DNA of 64,000 nucleotides, taken from positions 178,265-242,264 of the forward strand of contig CBDVDR010000003.1 in assembly GCA_965372795.1 (NCBI GenBank). Direction: 5' to 3'. The notes under the pieces were generated by a model. The model was not told where the DNA came from, did no database searches, and saw only the letters and a list, made by a program, of their open reading frames with translations. Origin of the DNA: an uncultured bacterium. Its GTDB lineage: Bacteria > Zixibacteria > MSB-5A5 > GN15 > FEB-12. Below, in pieces: positions 27,001-36,658 of this stretch (position 1 is its first letter; every line of letters begins with the position of its first letter). The position numbers and the translations under genes are program-made.

Positions 27001-27799
27001 AACGATTGGTGAAATTTTCCTTGATATGCATCGGGAAGGAGCAGCCTTCCGTTCACTTATGAATGCTTTTGCAATTGCAATATCTCTTGGACTTCAGCAC
27101 GGCGTACCGCTTGAAGAATATGTTGATGCATTTTTATTCAGCCGTTTTGAACCTAACGGAATGGTAAACGGCAACAAATCGATTAAAATGGCAACTTCTA
27201 TTATTGATTATATTTTCCGTGAACTGGCGATAACCTATCTTGGCCGTACTGATCTGGCTCATGTAAGTGAGGAAGATTTACGGGGAGATACGCTGGGTGA
27301 ACCGTCAGAAGAATCGATGGAATTCGAAACGGAAGAACCGGCAACGGCACAAGTAACGGGACAGGTTACAACCGGAAGCCGTAAAATGGAAAATACTCAT
27401 GCCGGAAGATTAAAACAGGATTCAAATATTGCCGGCCCAAAGCATGTGGGTCGTAATGGTAACGGCAATGGCAATGGTAATGGAAGCAGCAACCGTTTAA
27501 AAATTAAAGATGTATCAGGGAGACAAGAACATACAGGAGGTAACGGTCATGGTCAGTCGATGGAGAATCAGACTTCAGATGGGAAAACTCAAGAAGCAAC
27601 GGCGGTGCTTGAGTATGTCGCCCAGCCAACTGAAGGAAGTACAGAAAAAACAACTGAGCAAATTGCAAGCGAAATCCGAACCGCAAGGATGAAGGGTTAC
27701 GAAGGTGATATGTGTGGTGAATGCGGACAATTCACGATGGTGCGTAACGGCACCTGCTTGAAATGTATTACTTGTGGTTCGACCAGCGGTTGCAGTTAA
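24071..27799 (+). CDS. nrdJ: Vitamin B12-dependent (class II) ribonucleotide reductase
   Basis: [28 protein letters not shown]-terminal TSCPD domain and CxxC...[16 protein letters not shown]. Confidence 0.95.
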   Translation: MRVQRFFTHEGESPYSRINFTKKSSEIKNPDGSTVFKHENIDVPEHWSQVAVDILAQKYFRRAGVPQTDKKGKPVVDENGNQVLGSESDARQVFDRMAGCWRYWGETHSYFDTKEDAQIFYDELSHMLAAQIAAPNSPQWFNTGLHRSYNITGVANGHYYVDPKTHELTQATNAYEHPQPHACFIQSVSDDLVNEGGIMDLWVREARLFKYGSGTGSNFSKIRGGGESLSGGGNSSGLMSFLKIGDRAAGAIKSGGTTRRAAKMVCLDIDHPDIEEFIAWKVIEEQKVAALVTGSKIIKLQLKEILSSIKITSDNGNSIVEVDPKKNKKLNEALKVARRLCVPQPYIKKILEFASQGFTNIDFIDLDTNWESDAYMTVSGQNSNNSIRIPNEFFERLKDGKDWELLNRTDGKVCKTIPSSELWEKICHSAWACADPGVQYDTTINEWHTCPEDGRINASNPCSEYMFLDDTACNLASINLVKFLKDDGTFDIKGYRHAINLWTIVLEISVLMASYPSKPVAQKSFEYRTLGLGFANLGTLLMQMGIPYSSQEGYAWCGVLSGILTGQAYLTSAEMAKEQGPFPGFYRNREHMLRVVRNHRRASYNTDKSEYEELTVKPTGINPNYLPEDIVKSARSAWDEALEMGEIYGYRNAQSTVVAPTGTIGLVMDCDTTGIEPDFALVKFKKLAGGGYFKIINNSVPIALEKMGYDDEQVEEIILYATGHKTLKQAPFINHESLKAKGFGDEELEKIEESLGSVFDVSFAFNKFNLGEEFLKDTLGFSDEIINDWDFNLLKELGFTKEQIEAANEYCCGTMTIEGAPHINEKHLAVFDCANRCGKIGQRFIKFEAHIRMMAASQSFISGAISKTINMPAEASIDDVKKAYRMSWEGMTKAIALYRDGSKLSQPLNASLIDDDDVDDIDDIMTVEKTAEAMAKKVIYRYIAKRRKLPNRRAGYTQKAVVGGHKLYLRTGDYSDGTIGEIFLDMHREGAAFRSLMNAFAIAISLGLQHGVPLEEYVDAFLFSRFEPNGMVNGNKSIKMATSIIDYIFRELAITYLGRTDLAHVSEEDLRGDTLGEPSEESMEFETEEPATAQVTGQVTTGSRKMENTHAGRLKQDSNIAGPKHVGRNGNGNGNGNGSSNRLKIKDVSGRQEHTGGNGHGQSMENQTSDGKTQEATAVLEYVAQPTEGSTEKTTEQIASEIRTARMKGYEGDMCGECGQFTMVRNGTCLKCITCGSTSGCS

Positions 27800-27825
27800 A
27801 GAATTTTACAGCTGCTTGATTTATT

Positions 27826-27860
27826 AAACCGGTTAGAGTTTCTCTGACCGGTTTTTATTT
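27826..27860 (+). terminator. Terminator after nrdJ
   Basis: AAACCGGTTAGAG...CTCTGACCGGTTTTT. Confidence 0.75.
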
Positions 27861-27910
27861 TATCAATTGATTTCTCTTGTAAAGAAAATAATTTCCAATA
27901 CTATATTAGT

Positions 27911-29401
27911 ATGAAACAGTTTGTTAAAACGGATGTATTTTCAAAGTTTCTTCTTTTTTTTATAGCGGCAAACAGTATAGCCTTGCTTCTCTCCGGATTA
28001 AGGCTGCTCTGGTTTAATAAGTCGGGTCTGCCGTTTGAATATGAACTATTGAATATTTTTATTGATCAGTTTGCTTTTGATGGTTCGGTCTTGTCGTGGC
28101 ATCTATATCTTGCCAAAATAATTATAATTCTAACTTTAATCTATTTAATTTTGTTTTCTTATAATGCTTATCATAGTGATAATAATAAATTTGAAGAAAA
28201 GTTTTTTTGGAATTCAGGTTTATCAATTACAGGCTTATTTTCAATTATTAGCGGGGCAGCAATTTATTCCGGCTTGGCAAATAGCAGTCTTTTTTTAAAG
28301 CTTCATACGATTCTTGCAATAACCTTTTCAATTTTGCTTATCGTGACATTGGTAATAAATTTATTGAATTATATAAAGTTCAGCTTTCTAAAGGATCACA
28401 TACAGATTTTAGAAAAAACTGGAAAATATCTTGTATGGACAATTATATTTTCTACCTCAATTATATTATTGTTAGCAGGGAAAATGATTTTTATGACCGA
28501 ACCGGTATTGGTTTGTTCGCACCAGAATCGTTCGGTTGTGATTGATGGCCGAGAGAATGATATTGAATGGATGGCTGTTGATGAAGTATCCTTAAAATTA
28601 TCAAATGGGGCGAATTTTGAAGCTGGACAGACTGAGGTTCGTATAAAGTCATTTCATAATAGTCATTTTATTTATTTTTTGGTGAAATGGGATGATCCGA
28701 CCCGTTCGTTTAACAGGCATCTTGAAAAAACGAAAGTTGGCTGGAAAGAAATTAAAACAGAACCAAACCCTATTGGGGGCGAGACGGTTTATTATGAGGA
28801 TATGATGGCACTTTCGTTTCATAAGCAAAACCGAAGCTGTCAACAAAGCTGTCATTTAAATACTAATTCCCCGGTTGGTAATCATATTTACAATGAGGAT
28901 TTTGCAGATTTATGGTTATGGAAATCGATCAGCACAAATCCGGTTGATCAGGCAGAAGATGGTTGGTGGGGGGTGGATGCGATTGATTCTATCTCTAACA
29001 AACGACAAACTGACAATAAAGCCGGCGGGGGATATAGCAGTAATTTGAATACTCAATGGTATCAGCCGTATTTTCTACCGGGGAATTATACGATGAAAAA
29101 TTGGATAGACCTGAGATCGGATCAGGCAATTTTATATTATCCGGAGCTGGATAATTATTTGAGAGGAGATAAAATCCCGGCAATGGTTGTGGCGCCGGCG
29201 ATGGGGGATGTTGCCGATGTACGTGCGGTTGGAAGATGGCGCGGAGGAGAATGGACGGTTGAAATTTCAAGAGTCAGAACAACGGGTTCAAACAAAGATA
29301 TCAGTTTTGTTGAAACAATAAATATCGGAATTTCTGTTTTTGATAATGCTGAGAAGAAACATGCCTATCATTTTCAACCGGTAAAGTTAATTATAGAATA
29401 A
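27911..29401 (+). CDS. Membrane protein: cytochrome b-like TM domain plus an ethylbenzene-dehydrogenase/DOMON-like heme domain
   Basis: N-terminal TM helices with His residues; IDG...W, YFLVKWDDPT, YYEDMMA, WTVEISR; CQQSCH motif. Confidence 0.65.
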   Translation: MKQFVKTDVFSKFLLFFIAANSIALLLSGLRLLWFNKSGLPFEYELLNIFIDQFAFDGSVLSWHLYLAKIIIILTLIYLILFSYNAYHSDNNKFEEKFFWNSGLSITGLFSIISGAAIYSGLANSSLFLKLHTILAITFSILLIVTLVINLLNYIKFSFLKDHIQILEKTGKYLVWTIIFSTSIILLLAGKMIFMTEPVLVCSHQNRSVVIDGRENDIEWMAVDEVSLKLSNGANFEAGQTEVRIKSFHNSHFIYFLVKWDDPTRSFNRHLEKTKVGWKEIKTEPNPIGGETVYYEDMMALSFHKQNRSCQQSCHLNTNSPVGNHIYNEDFADLWLWKSISTNPVDQAEDGWWGVDAIDSISNKRQTDNKAGGGYSSNLNTQWYQPYFLPGNYTMKNWIDLRSDQAILYYPELDNYLRGDKIPAMVVAPAMGDVADVRAVGRWRGGEWTVEISRVRTTGSNKDISFVETINIGISVFDNAEKKHAYHFQPVKLIIE

Positions 29402-29409
29402 GACTGATA

Positions 29410-29967
29410 TTAAAAGACAACTCTCATTATTGGACGTTTGGGTGAGTTGCGGGCAACTTCTTTGAATCCGGCTTTTTCATAGGACGAAACCAATCCCATC
29501 CAGACAAACGGGTCGGGCAGATCAAGACCGGGATCAAAGGGGTAACCCTCGACAATTTTAGCTTTGTTTTTTTTAGCAAATTTTAAGGATGCATTTAATA
29601 AATCAACAGCAACACCTTGCCGGCGATAACCTTTGGCAATAAACAGACAGGCAACCGACCAGACCGGTTGGTCATCAATTGATTTTAAGGTGGGAGCCTT
29701 TTCCATTCGTGGGAAAACTTCACGAGGTCCAAAAGAAATCCATCCTATTGGAGTACCTTTGTCATAAGCAAGTAATCCGGGAATTTGACCTGATTTCACA
29801 ATATTTTTTATCAGCTTTTTATTGCCGCTGCCTTTGTTGGAATCAAATTCAGATTTCATCAAACGCCATGACATACACCAGCATCCTCCGCAGGCGCCTT
29901 TTTCTCCGAACAGTATTTCAAAATCTGTCCATTGTTCAATAGTCAGAGGTTTGTAATTAAACCGCAT
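29410..29967 (-). CDS. GNAT family N-acetyltransferase
   Basis: GCWCMSWR; CLFIAKGYRRQGVA; VEGYP. Confidence 0.85.
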   Translation of the reverse strand: MRFNYKPLTIEQWTDFEILFGEKGACGGCWCMSWRLMKSEFDSNKGSGNKKLIKNIVKSGQIPGLLAYDKGTPIGWISFGPREVFPRMEKAPTLKSIDDQPVWSVACLFIAKGYRRQGVAVDLLNASLKFAKKNKAKIVEGYPFDPGLDLPDPFVWMGLVSSYEKAGFKEVARNSPKRPIMRVVF

Positions 29968-30199
29968 AAGAATCCTTCTATTATGATATCAATCAATACT
30001 ATTGTAATAAAAATAGTATTATTATGCATCACATTATTGAAGTAAATGATGTTAATTGTAACGCAGGAAACATTAACTGCTTTCATATTATGGACTTGAC
30101 TATCTAATGCTTTGATGTCTATTTTGAGGTGAAACAATTATTAAGTCATCTCGTAATACATATCAACTGTCAAATCATGTGGGATTAGGAGTAGGTACG

Positions 30200-31297
30200 A
30201 TGTTTAAAAAAATAGCTATCATAAGTTTTCTTGTAGTTATCGTGGCGGCTGTTCTGTTTTTTGCTATAGATGGGTCAGCAAAAAAGGATGAAGAGTATAA
30301 AACTGTTAAGGTTGAAAAAGGTTCAATTATCGATAAAGCCCTTGCGGTTGGTGAAATAGAGCCGAAACTTGAGGTTGAAGTAAAGTCAAAAATATCCGGC
30401 ATTGTAAGAACAATGTTTATTGATATTGGTGACAAAGTAAAAAAAGGTGATCCGTTATTGGATGTAGCTCCTGATCCAACTCCGATAGAATATGCTGAGG
30501 CAAAACGTCAGGTTGAAATTCAACAGGTTACTTATAAGAATGTGAAGATCGAATATGATCGCGTAAAACAGTTGCGTGATAAACAGCTTATTTCAAATCA
30601 GGAATATGACAGTAAGAAAGCTTTAATGGATGAAGCCAAGTTGCGGTTGGCTCTTTCAAAAGAAAAACTATCATTAATTGAGTCCGGTAAATCAAACATT
30701 GCTGATCGGCAGGTTGATAACATTATTCGTTCACCTATAGATGGTACGGTATTATCGAGAATGGTTGAAGAAGGTGATCCGGTAGTTCCTTTAACTTCCT
30801 ATCAGGCTGGAACAAGTTTAATGACTTTGGCTAAGATGGGTAATCTGGTTTTTAAGGGTAATGTTGATGAAATTGATGTTGGTAAACTGATTGAAGGGAT
30901 GGAAGTGGAGATAGAAATCGGGGCTCTTCCAAATGAAAAAATTATCGGAACACTTGTAAAAATATCTCCTAAGGCTCATCGTGAAGAAGGGTCAACTGTT
31001 TTTGAAGTTGAAATTAGTTTAGACAGTATGGCCGAAGGTCAGTATCTTCGCGCCGGTTACAGTGCTAATGCTGATATTATAATTAACAAAAAAGAAGATA
31101 TTCTTTTGATTCCAGAACGATTGTTAACAATCACAGATTCTGTAACGACGGTTGAGATTGAAGATTCGTTGAGTTTTGTTACAGTACGAGAAGTAAAGAC
31201 CGGCTTGTCTGATGGAATAAAAATTGAAGTGATTGAGGGTCTTTCTGATGGTGAATTGCTGGTGGAACGTCCACCGCGAGAAATAACAGCTGATTAA
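30200..31297 (+). CDS. Efflux periplasmic adaptor (MacA/HlyD-like)
   Basis: TM anchor; VKSKISG, IRSPIDGTV, VDEIDVG; start set to the ATG after AGGAG. Confidence 0.9.
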   Translation: MFKKIAIISFLVVIVAAVLFFAIDGSAKKDEEYKTVKVEKGSIIDKALAVGEIEPKLEVEVKSKISGIVRTMFIDIGDKVKKGDPLLDVAPDPTPIEYAEAKRQVEIQQVTYKNVKIEYDRVKQLRDKQLISNQEYDSKKALMDEAKLRLALSKEKLSLIESGKSNIADRQVDNIIRSPIDGTVLSRMVEEGDPVVPLTSYQAGTSLMTLAKMGNLVFKGNVDEIDVGKLIEGMEVEIEIGALPNEKIIGTLVKISPKAHREEGSTVFEVEISLDSMAEGQYLRAGYSANADIIINKKEDILLIPERLLTITDSVTTVEIEDSLSFVTVREVKTGLSDGIKIEVIEGLSDGELLVERPPREITAD

Positions 31298-31318
31298 TCT
31301 TACCGGAGTTAAACTATA

Positions 31319-32554
31319 ATGATTCCACTTCTATCTGTTAAACAATTTTTAAATGATCTTCGCCGTCAGAAGCTGAGAACCTTGATGACAACCTTTGGAA
31401 TTTTCTGGGGGACTTGTGCAATTGTGTTGTTGTTTGCTTTTGGTAACGGGATAAGCGAGGCTCAGTTAAAATCTCAAAAAGGGATGGGCGAAAATATTGC
31501 GATTATCTGGCCCGGAATAACATCAAAAGAGTTTAAAGGTCTTCCACGCGGGCGAAGGATCAGGATGACCGAGAATGATGTTGTCATGTTAAAAAATACA
31601 TCTCAAACTATCGGACGGATTTCGCCGGAATATTCCAGATGGAATGTTAATTTTAAGTTTGAACAAAATGTAATCAAGGAGAACGTTGTGGGAATCTGGC
31701 CCGAGTTCGGAGATATGCGAAATCTGATTGCGGACTATGGCTCAAGATTTATCAATGACCGGGATATGAAAGAGAAGCGACGAGTTATATTTTTGGGAGA
31801 CCTGTTAAAGAAGGATCTTTTTGGATCAAAAGAGGCGGTTGGAGAAAGAGTATTACTTAATAATGTTCCCTTTAAAGTTGTTGGGATATTAAAGACAAAA
31901 AAGCAGGACAGTTCCTACAACGGACGTGATGCCCGTAAAGGTTTCATCCCCTCATCAACTTTCAAGGCGATGTTTTCTCAGCGTTTTTTAAACGATGTTG
32001 TTATGCAGCCGGCTGAAAAAGTTTCTATGGAACTGGCAAAAGACGATATATATAAATTATTAGGGAGTAAATATCGTTTTGATCCTACCGATAAAGAAGC
32101 CTTATCAATTTGGGATACATCGGAGGGCTTTAGATTTTTAAGCACCTTTTTTACAGCGTTCAGATATTTCTTAGTTGGGATCGGAATCGCCACATTGATT
32201 ACCGGTGGAATCGGAGTCTCCAATATAATGAATGTTGTCTTAGAAGAGCGCACCAAAGAGATCGGCATCAAAATGGCTCTTGGAGCCAGAAAAAGTTTTA
32301 TTCTGTTTCAATTTGTTTTTGAAACATTAATAATAACCGGTGTTGGCGGAATTTTTGGGTATTTGTTTGCCTATGGAATAATTAAAGTATTCCCGCTATT
32401 AAACCTGGGTGAATTTGTTGGCGTTCCTACCGTTGATGGATATGTTGGGATCACGGTTATTATTTTGCTTGGATTAGTTGGTTTAGCTGCCGGAATATTC
32501 CCTGCCCGAAGAGCTGCGAATCTGCAACCGGTGCAAGCCTTAAAACTATTTTAG
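31319..32554 (+). CDS. ABC transporter permease (MacB/FtsX-like)
   Basis: GGIGVSNIM...ERTKEIGIKMALGA. Confidence 0.9.
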   Translation: MIPLLSVKQFLNDLRRQKLRTLMTTFGIFWGTCAIVLLFAFGNGISEAQLKSQKGMGENIAIIWPGITSKEFKGLPRGRRIRMTENDVVMLKNTSQTIGRISPEYSRWNVNFKFEQNVIKENVVGIWPEFGDMRNLIADYGSRFINDRDMKEKRRVIFLGDLLKKDLFGSKEAVGERVLLNNVPFKVVGILKTKKQDSSYNGRDARKGFIPSSTFKAMFSQRFLNDVVMQPAEKVSMELAKDDIYKLLGSKYRFDPTDKEALSIWDTSEGFRFLSTFFTAFRYFLVGIGIATLITGGIGVSNIMNVVLEERTKEIGIKMALGARKSFILFQFVFETLIITGVGGIFGYLFAYGIIKVFPLLNLGEFVGVPTVDGYVGITVIILLGLVGLAAGIFPARRAANLQPVQALKLF

Positions 32555-32563
32555 GAATATTAA

Positions 32564-33811
32564 ATGCGTCTTTCAATAATTTACAATGTTTTTATACGGG
32601 ATTTTCGAAAACAGAAAAAACGTATTGCGTTGACTCTGATGGCTCTCGGATGGGGAACGCTTTCAATCATGCTTCTTTTAGGATTCGGCGAAGGGATGCA
32701 TCGGCAGCTTAGTGTGAATCAGAAAGGCTTGGGTGAGGGAATAATTGTTTTATGGGGCGGCAGTACTTCCAAAGTATTTAAGGGTCTTGGTAAAGGGCGA
32801 TCTATTCGTTTTACCGAAAAAGAAGTAGATTATCTTCGCAAGCGTATGCCTGAATTAAAACATGTCGGTGGAGAATATTCCCGTTGGGGTGTAAGATTGA
32901 AATATGGGGATAAAATTGTCAGTGAGCATATAACCGGTGTTTACCCTAATTACGAACCAATGCGTAATCATATTTCAAAAGCCGGCGGGAGAATGATTAA
33001 CGCGTTGGATATGAAAAATAAGCGAAGAGTAGTTTTTCTTGGGTATAGTATTGCTGAAAGGCTTTTTGAAGATGAAGATCCGGTTGGCAAACAGATTTTT
33101 ATAAATTCTACTCCTTTTACTGTGATTGGCGTTGAGATTAAAAAGATGCAAATGGGGATGTATGGCGGACCGGATGAAAATAGAGCTGCAATTCCGGCTA
33201 CTACTTTTGGGACTGTTTTTGGTTATAGATATTTGAATACGATTGTTGTACAGCCAAAATCGATAGATAACGTTGAAGCAATAGAGAAAAGAATTTTTGA
33301 AGTTTTTGGAGAAAGATATAAATTTGATCCAACCGATGAAAAAGCTCTCGGAGTTTGGAATGTGGTTGAGAATCAACGAGAGATGAATAACATCATGCTC
33401 GGTATGAAAATATTTCTTGGGATAATCGGCGGTTTGACTTTGTTGATTTCCGGGGTTGGGGTTGCTAATATAATGTATGTTTCTATTAAGGAACGCACTC
33501 GTGAAATCGGGGTGAAGATGGCTATGGGTGCAAGGAGGTCATATATCCTTACTCAGTTTCTGGTGGAAGCTTTGATCATTACTTTCTTTGGGGGATTCGG
33601 GGGTATGTCAATAAGTTATATTTTGACGGAAGGCTTCAAACGATTACCGATTGAGTCAGACGTATTAGAATTTATGGGACGACCAACGATTTCATTTGAG
33701 ATCGGTTTAATAGTTATTGTGATATTGAGTATAATGGGAATTCTTTCAGGATTATTCCCGGCTATGAAAGCCGCCTCGGTTAATCCGGTTGAATCATTAA
33801 GATACGAATAA
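32564..33811 (+). CDS. ABC transporter permease (MacB/FtsX-like)
   Basis: GVGVANIM...ERTREIGVKMAMGA; PVESLRYE. Confidence 0.9.
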   Translation: MRLSIIYNVFIRDFRKQKKRIALTLMALGWGTLSIMLLLGFGEGMHRQLSVNQKGLGEGIIVLWGGSTSKVFKGLGKGRSIRFTEKEVDYLRKRMPELKHVGGEYSRWGVRLKYGDKIVSEHITGVYPNYEPMRNHISKAGGRMINALDMKNKRRVVFLGYSIAERLFEDEDPVGKQIFINSTPFTVIGVEIKKMQMGMYGGPDENRAAIPATTFGTVFGYRYLNTIVVQPKSIDNVEAIEKRIFEVFGERYKFDPTDEKALGVWNVVENQREMNNIMLGMKIFLGIIGGLTLLISGVGVANIMYVSIKERTREIGVKMAMGARRSYILTQFLVEALIITFFGGFGGMSISYILTEGFKRLPIESDVLEFMGRPTISFEIGLIVIVILSIMGILSGLFPAMKAASVNPVESLRYE

Positions 33812-33841
33812 TTTGAAAGATCTTTTCGGAGAAAATAAATA

Positions 33842-34519
33842 ATGATTAAAATGACTAATGTTGTCAAAGCCTATCAAACCGGTGATGTAGAGTTTCGGGC
33901 TTTAAAAGGAATTGATCTTAATATAAAAAAAGGTGAGTTCACTGCGGTTGTTGGTCCATCGGGTTCCGGTAAATCTACTTTGATGAATATTCTCGGCTGT
34001 TTGGATGTACCCACCGGTGGAGAATATCTGCTTGAAGGGAAATCTGTAAACGGTTTGTCTTCTAATGAGCTGGCTGATGTCCGAAATAAAAAAATAGGTT
34101 TTGTTTTTCAGGCTTTTAATCTTCTGCCTTATGCTACCGCTTTTGAAAATGTTGAAGTCCCGCTGTTGTTCTCCGGGATGAAAGGGAAGCAACGAAGAGA
34201 ACGAGTGACCGAACTTCTCTCGCGGGTTGGTCTGGCTGATAAATTTAATAATAAGCCAACCGAGATGTCGGGCGGTGAGATGCAAAGAGTAGCGATTGCC
34301 AGAGCTTTAGCTAATGAGCCTGATATAATTCTTGCCGATGAACCGACGGGTAATCTGGATAGTAAATCAGGTGGTGAGATTGTAAAGATGTTTATTGAAC
34401 TGTGGAAGATGGGAAAAACGATTTTAATTATTACTCATGATATGAATATTGCAAATCAGACCGAACGGATTATAAAGTTGAAAGATGGTTTAATAGATAC
34501 AAACGGTAATATGTTATAG
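33842..34519 (+). CDS. ABC transporter ATP-binding protein (LolD/MacB-like)
   Basis: [25 protein letters not shown]. Confidence 0.93.
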   Translation: MIKMTNVVKAYQTGDVEFRALKGIDLNIKKGEFTAVVGPSGSGKSTLMNILGCLDVPTGGEYLLEGKSVNGLSSNELADVRNKKIGFVFQAFNLLPYATAFENVEVPLLFSGMKGKQRRERVTELLSRVGLADKFNNKPTEMSGGEMQRVAIARALANEPDIILADEPTGNLDSKSGGEIVKMFIELWKMGKTILIITHDMNIANQTERIIKLKDGLIDTNGNML

Positions 34520-34564
34520 TTTCCAAGAACTCACTTATTACCGTCTGTTTTGTTCCCTTTTTTT

Positions 34565-34594
34565 AAAGCGGCAGAGAAATCTGCCGCTTTTGTT
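34565..34594. terminator. Bidirectional terminator
   Basis: AAAGCGGCAGA-GAAA-TCTGCCGCTTT between convergent genes. Confidence 0.8.
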
Positions 34595-36532
34595 TTAGCG
34601 TTCGGCTCGTTGAGATTTGTATTCTGACGCTTTAGTTATCAATGATAATAATTCTATAGTTTCATTTGAGTCATTATCATCAAGCATCTTTTTAACTTCA
34701 TCTTTAACATCCTGTAAACTTGAACCTTTCGCCCAGTAGGACTCTCTGAGAATTTCTGCAAATTCTGCGGCACAGGCTGCCAGTTTGAAGTCCGCTGAGG
34801 CTTCGTTGAATTCGCTGTATGTTACTTTATTAGAAATCTCTCTGCTGATTTCGGTAACTTCCCCAAAGCTTGGGTCTTTGTAACGGACAAAGAGGGTACC
34901 CATAGGGGCATTGATCTTATTATGAGTCAGTTTTATTTCATAAAGGGCGGTGACTTCATGTCCGGCGCCGATTTCTCCGCCGTCTTCGTCATCATCACGG
35001 AATTTATTATCGGCGACATCACGGTTTTCATAGCCGAGTAAGCGATAACTTCTGACAACCCGAGGGTCAAAAGCGATCTGTATTTTAACATCCCGGGCGA
35101 TAACTTCTAATGTGCCGGTTAAGTTGTCGACAAAGATTTTTTTGGCTTCATTCAGATTGTCAACATAGGCATAAAAGCCGTTTCCTTTGTTACCGAGTTT
35201 TTCCAAAAGAATATCATTGTAATTCCCCATGCCAAAGCCGACCGAGGTGAGAGTTATTCCTTTTTTGGCATATTCTTTGATACTTTTAAGGATGTCATCG
35301 GCTCCGGTGCGGCCAACATTGGCGACTCCATCGGAGCAGAGGATGATGCGATTGATTTTTTTAGGATCAAAATGACGATTAGCCATTTCATATCCTAATA
35401 ATAAACCTTCTTCGGCATTGGTTGCACCTTCCGAGTGCAATGATTCGATGGCGGCTATAAGTTCATATTTGCTTTCTATAGATGTCATATCCAGAATTAC
35501 TTGTCCGCGACTGCCATAGACAACGATTCCGATTTTATCATTTTGGTTAAGTTCATCAAGCAAGAGCCTAAGGCTCTTTTTAACCAGACCAAGACGGTCT
35601 TCACGACTCATTGAACCAGAAACATCAATGACAAAAACGAGATTAGCGGGTTTTCTGTTTTCGGGGCGAACTTCTTTCCCTTTGATGCCTACTTTGAGCA
35701 GATAACTGTTCTGTCCAAAAAGAGAGGGAGCAGTCTCCACAAAAAATTTGAAAGTTTTGTTTTTGGGAGCGAGGTAATTGTAATTAAAATGATTTACAAA
35801 TTCTTCGGTGCGAACGGCCTCGTTGGGTGGGAGGGAGCCACGATTCAAATAAGACCTGGTCATTACATAGGAGGCATCATCAACATCAATAGCGAAAGTG
35901 GACAGGCTGTCATCTTCAACATCTACAAAGGGATTAACGCCATAGTTTTTAAAAAACATAGCATCGTAAGCTTCACCATTGACAATCGAAGATCCACCAT
36001 GGACAGGTGGGAAGCTGACTTGGGTTTCAAAGGCGTAGCCTCTTTTGTTATTTTTTACTTTTGATGCTGTTAGATTGGGAGTCTTATTAATGTAGAGTTG
36101 TACCTGAGATTGCTTTAAGTTAACTTGGTTTGATACTTCAATCTTATCAACGACGTCTCTATCTGCGGTAACTTTATGAATCGTTTCAAGGTCGTCGGTT
36201 TTTTCAGGCAGCGTGATCTGGTTAAATTCTTTGGTCATATTGGAATCGATCACAATATCTTTAATTTCAAAAGCGTTATAATCAAGATGAGTTATTCTTA
36301 AGGTGTATTTTCCGGGGATGACATTAATAATTTTAAATTTGCCTTCAAAATCAGTTTGAGCTCCTTTATTGGTACCTACCAATATAACAGAAGCTCCGAT
36401 AACCGGTTTATTGGTCTGCTGATTGATAATTTTGCCTGAAATAACAGAGTTTGTTTTGGCGTTCAAGATGAGGGCAATGATCAGGAGCAGGGCGGTTAAT
36501 GTCATGTGAGGTAATAGTTTGCCTCTACGCAT
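34595..36532 (-). CDS. YfbK-like von Willebrand factor A protein with an N-terminal carboxypeptidase-regulatory-like domain
   Basis: STFAIDVDDASY, MIDAS DVSGSM, GEIGAGHEVTALYE; start moved to ATG 36532 (GGAGG RBS). Confidence 0.85.
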   Translation of the reverse strand: MRRGKLLPHMTLTALLLIIALILNAKTNSVISGKIINQQTNKPVIGASVILVGTNKGAQTDFEGKFKIINVIPGKYTLRITHLDYNAFEIKDIVIDSNMTKEFNQITLPEKTDDLETIHKVTADRDVVDKIEVSNQVNLKQSQVQLYINKTPNLTASKVKNNKRGYAFETQVSFPPVHGGSSIVNGEAYDAMFFKNYGVNPFVDVEDDSLSTFAIDVDDASYVMTRSYLNRGSLPPNEAVRTEEFVNHFNYNYLAPKNKTFKFFVETAPSLFGQNSYLLKVGIKGKEVRPENRKPANLVFVIDVSGSMSREDRLGLVKKSLRLLLDELNQNDKIGIVVYGSRGQVILDMTSIESKYELIAAIESLHSEGATNAEEGLLLGYEMANRHFDPKKINRIILCSDGVANVGRTGADDILKSIKEYAKKGITLTSVGFGMGNYNDILLEKLGNKGNGFYAYVDNLNEAKKIFVDNLTGTLEVIARDVKIQIAFDPRVVRSYRLLGYENRDVADNKFRDDDEDGGEIGAGHEVTALYEIKLTHNKINAPMGTLFVRYKDPSFGEVTEISREISNKVTYSEFNEASADFKLAACAAEFAEILRESYWAKGSSLQDVKDEVKKMLDDNDSNETIELLSLITKASEYKSQRAER

Positions 36533-36611
36533 AAGGCACCTCCAAAGTTTGGATTTTAATATGACTTCTGGAGGGGATACAATGTAAAGACGGATTACTT
36601 CCAAAATATGT

Positions 36612-36646
36612 AAAAAAAAAGCCGCCCTAAATTGGGCGGCTTTTTT
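36612..36646 (-). terminator. Terminator after the M6 protease gene
   Basis: A9-GCCGCCC-TAAATT-GGGCGGC-T6. Confidence 0.8.
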
Positions 36647-36658
36647 AATATTGATTAA

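Noticed and set aside
24071..27799. Intein or intron in the long nrdJ
   Set aside because: No intein splice or LAGLIDADG motifs were seen; the extra length is the TSCPD domain plus a low-complexity GN-rich linker.
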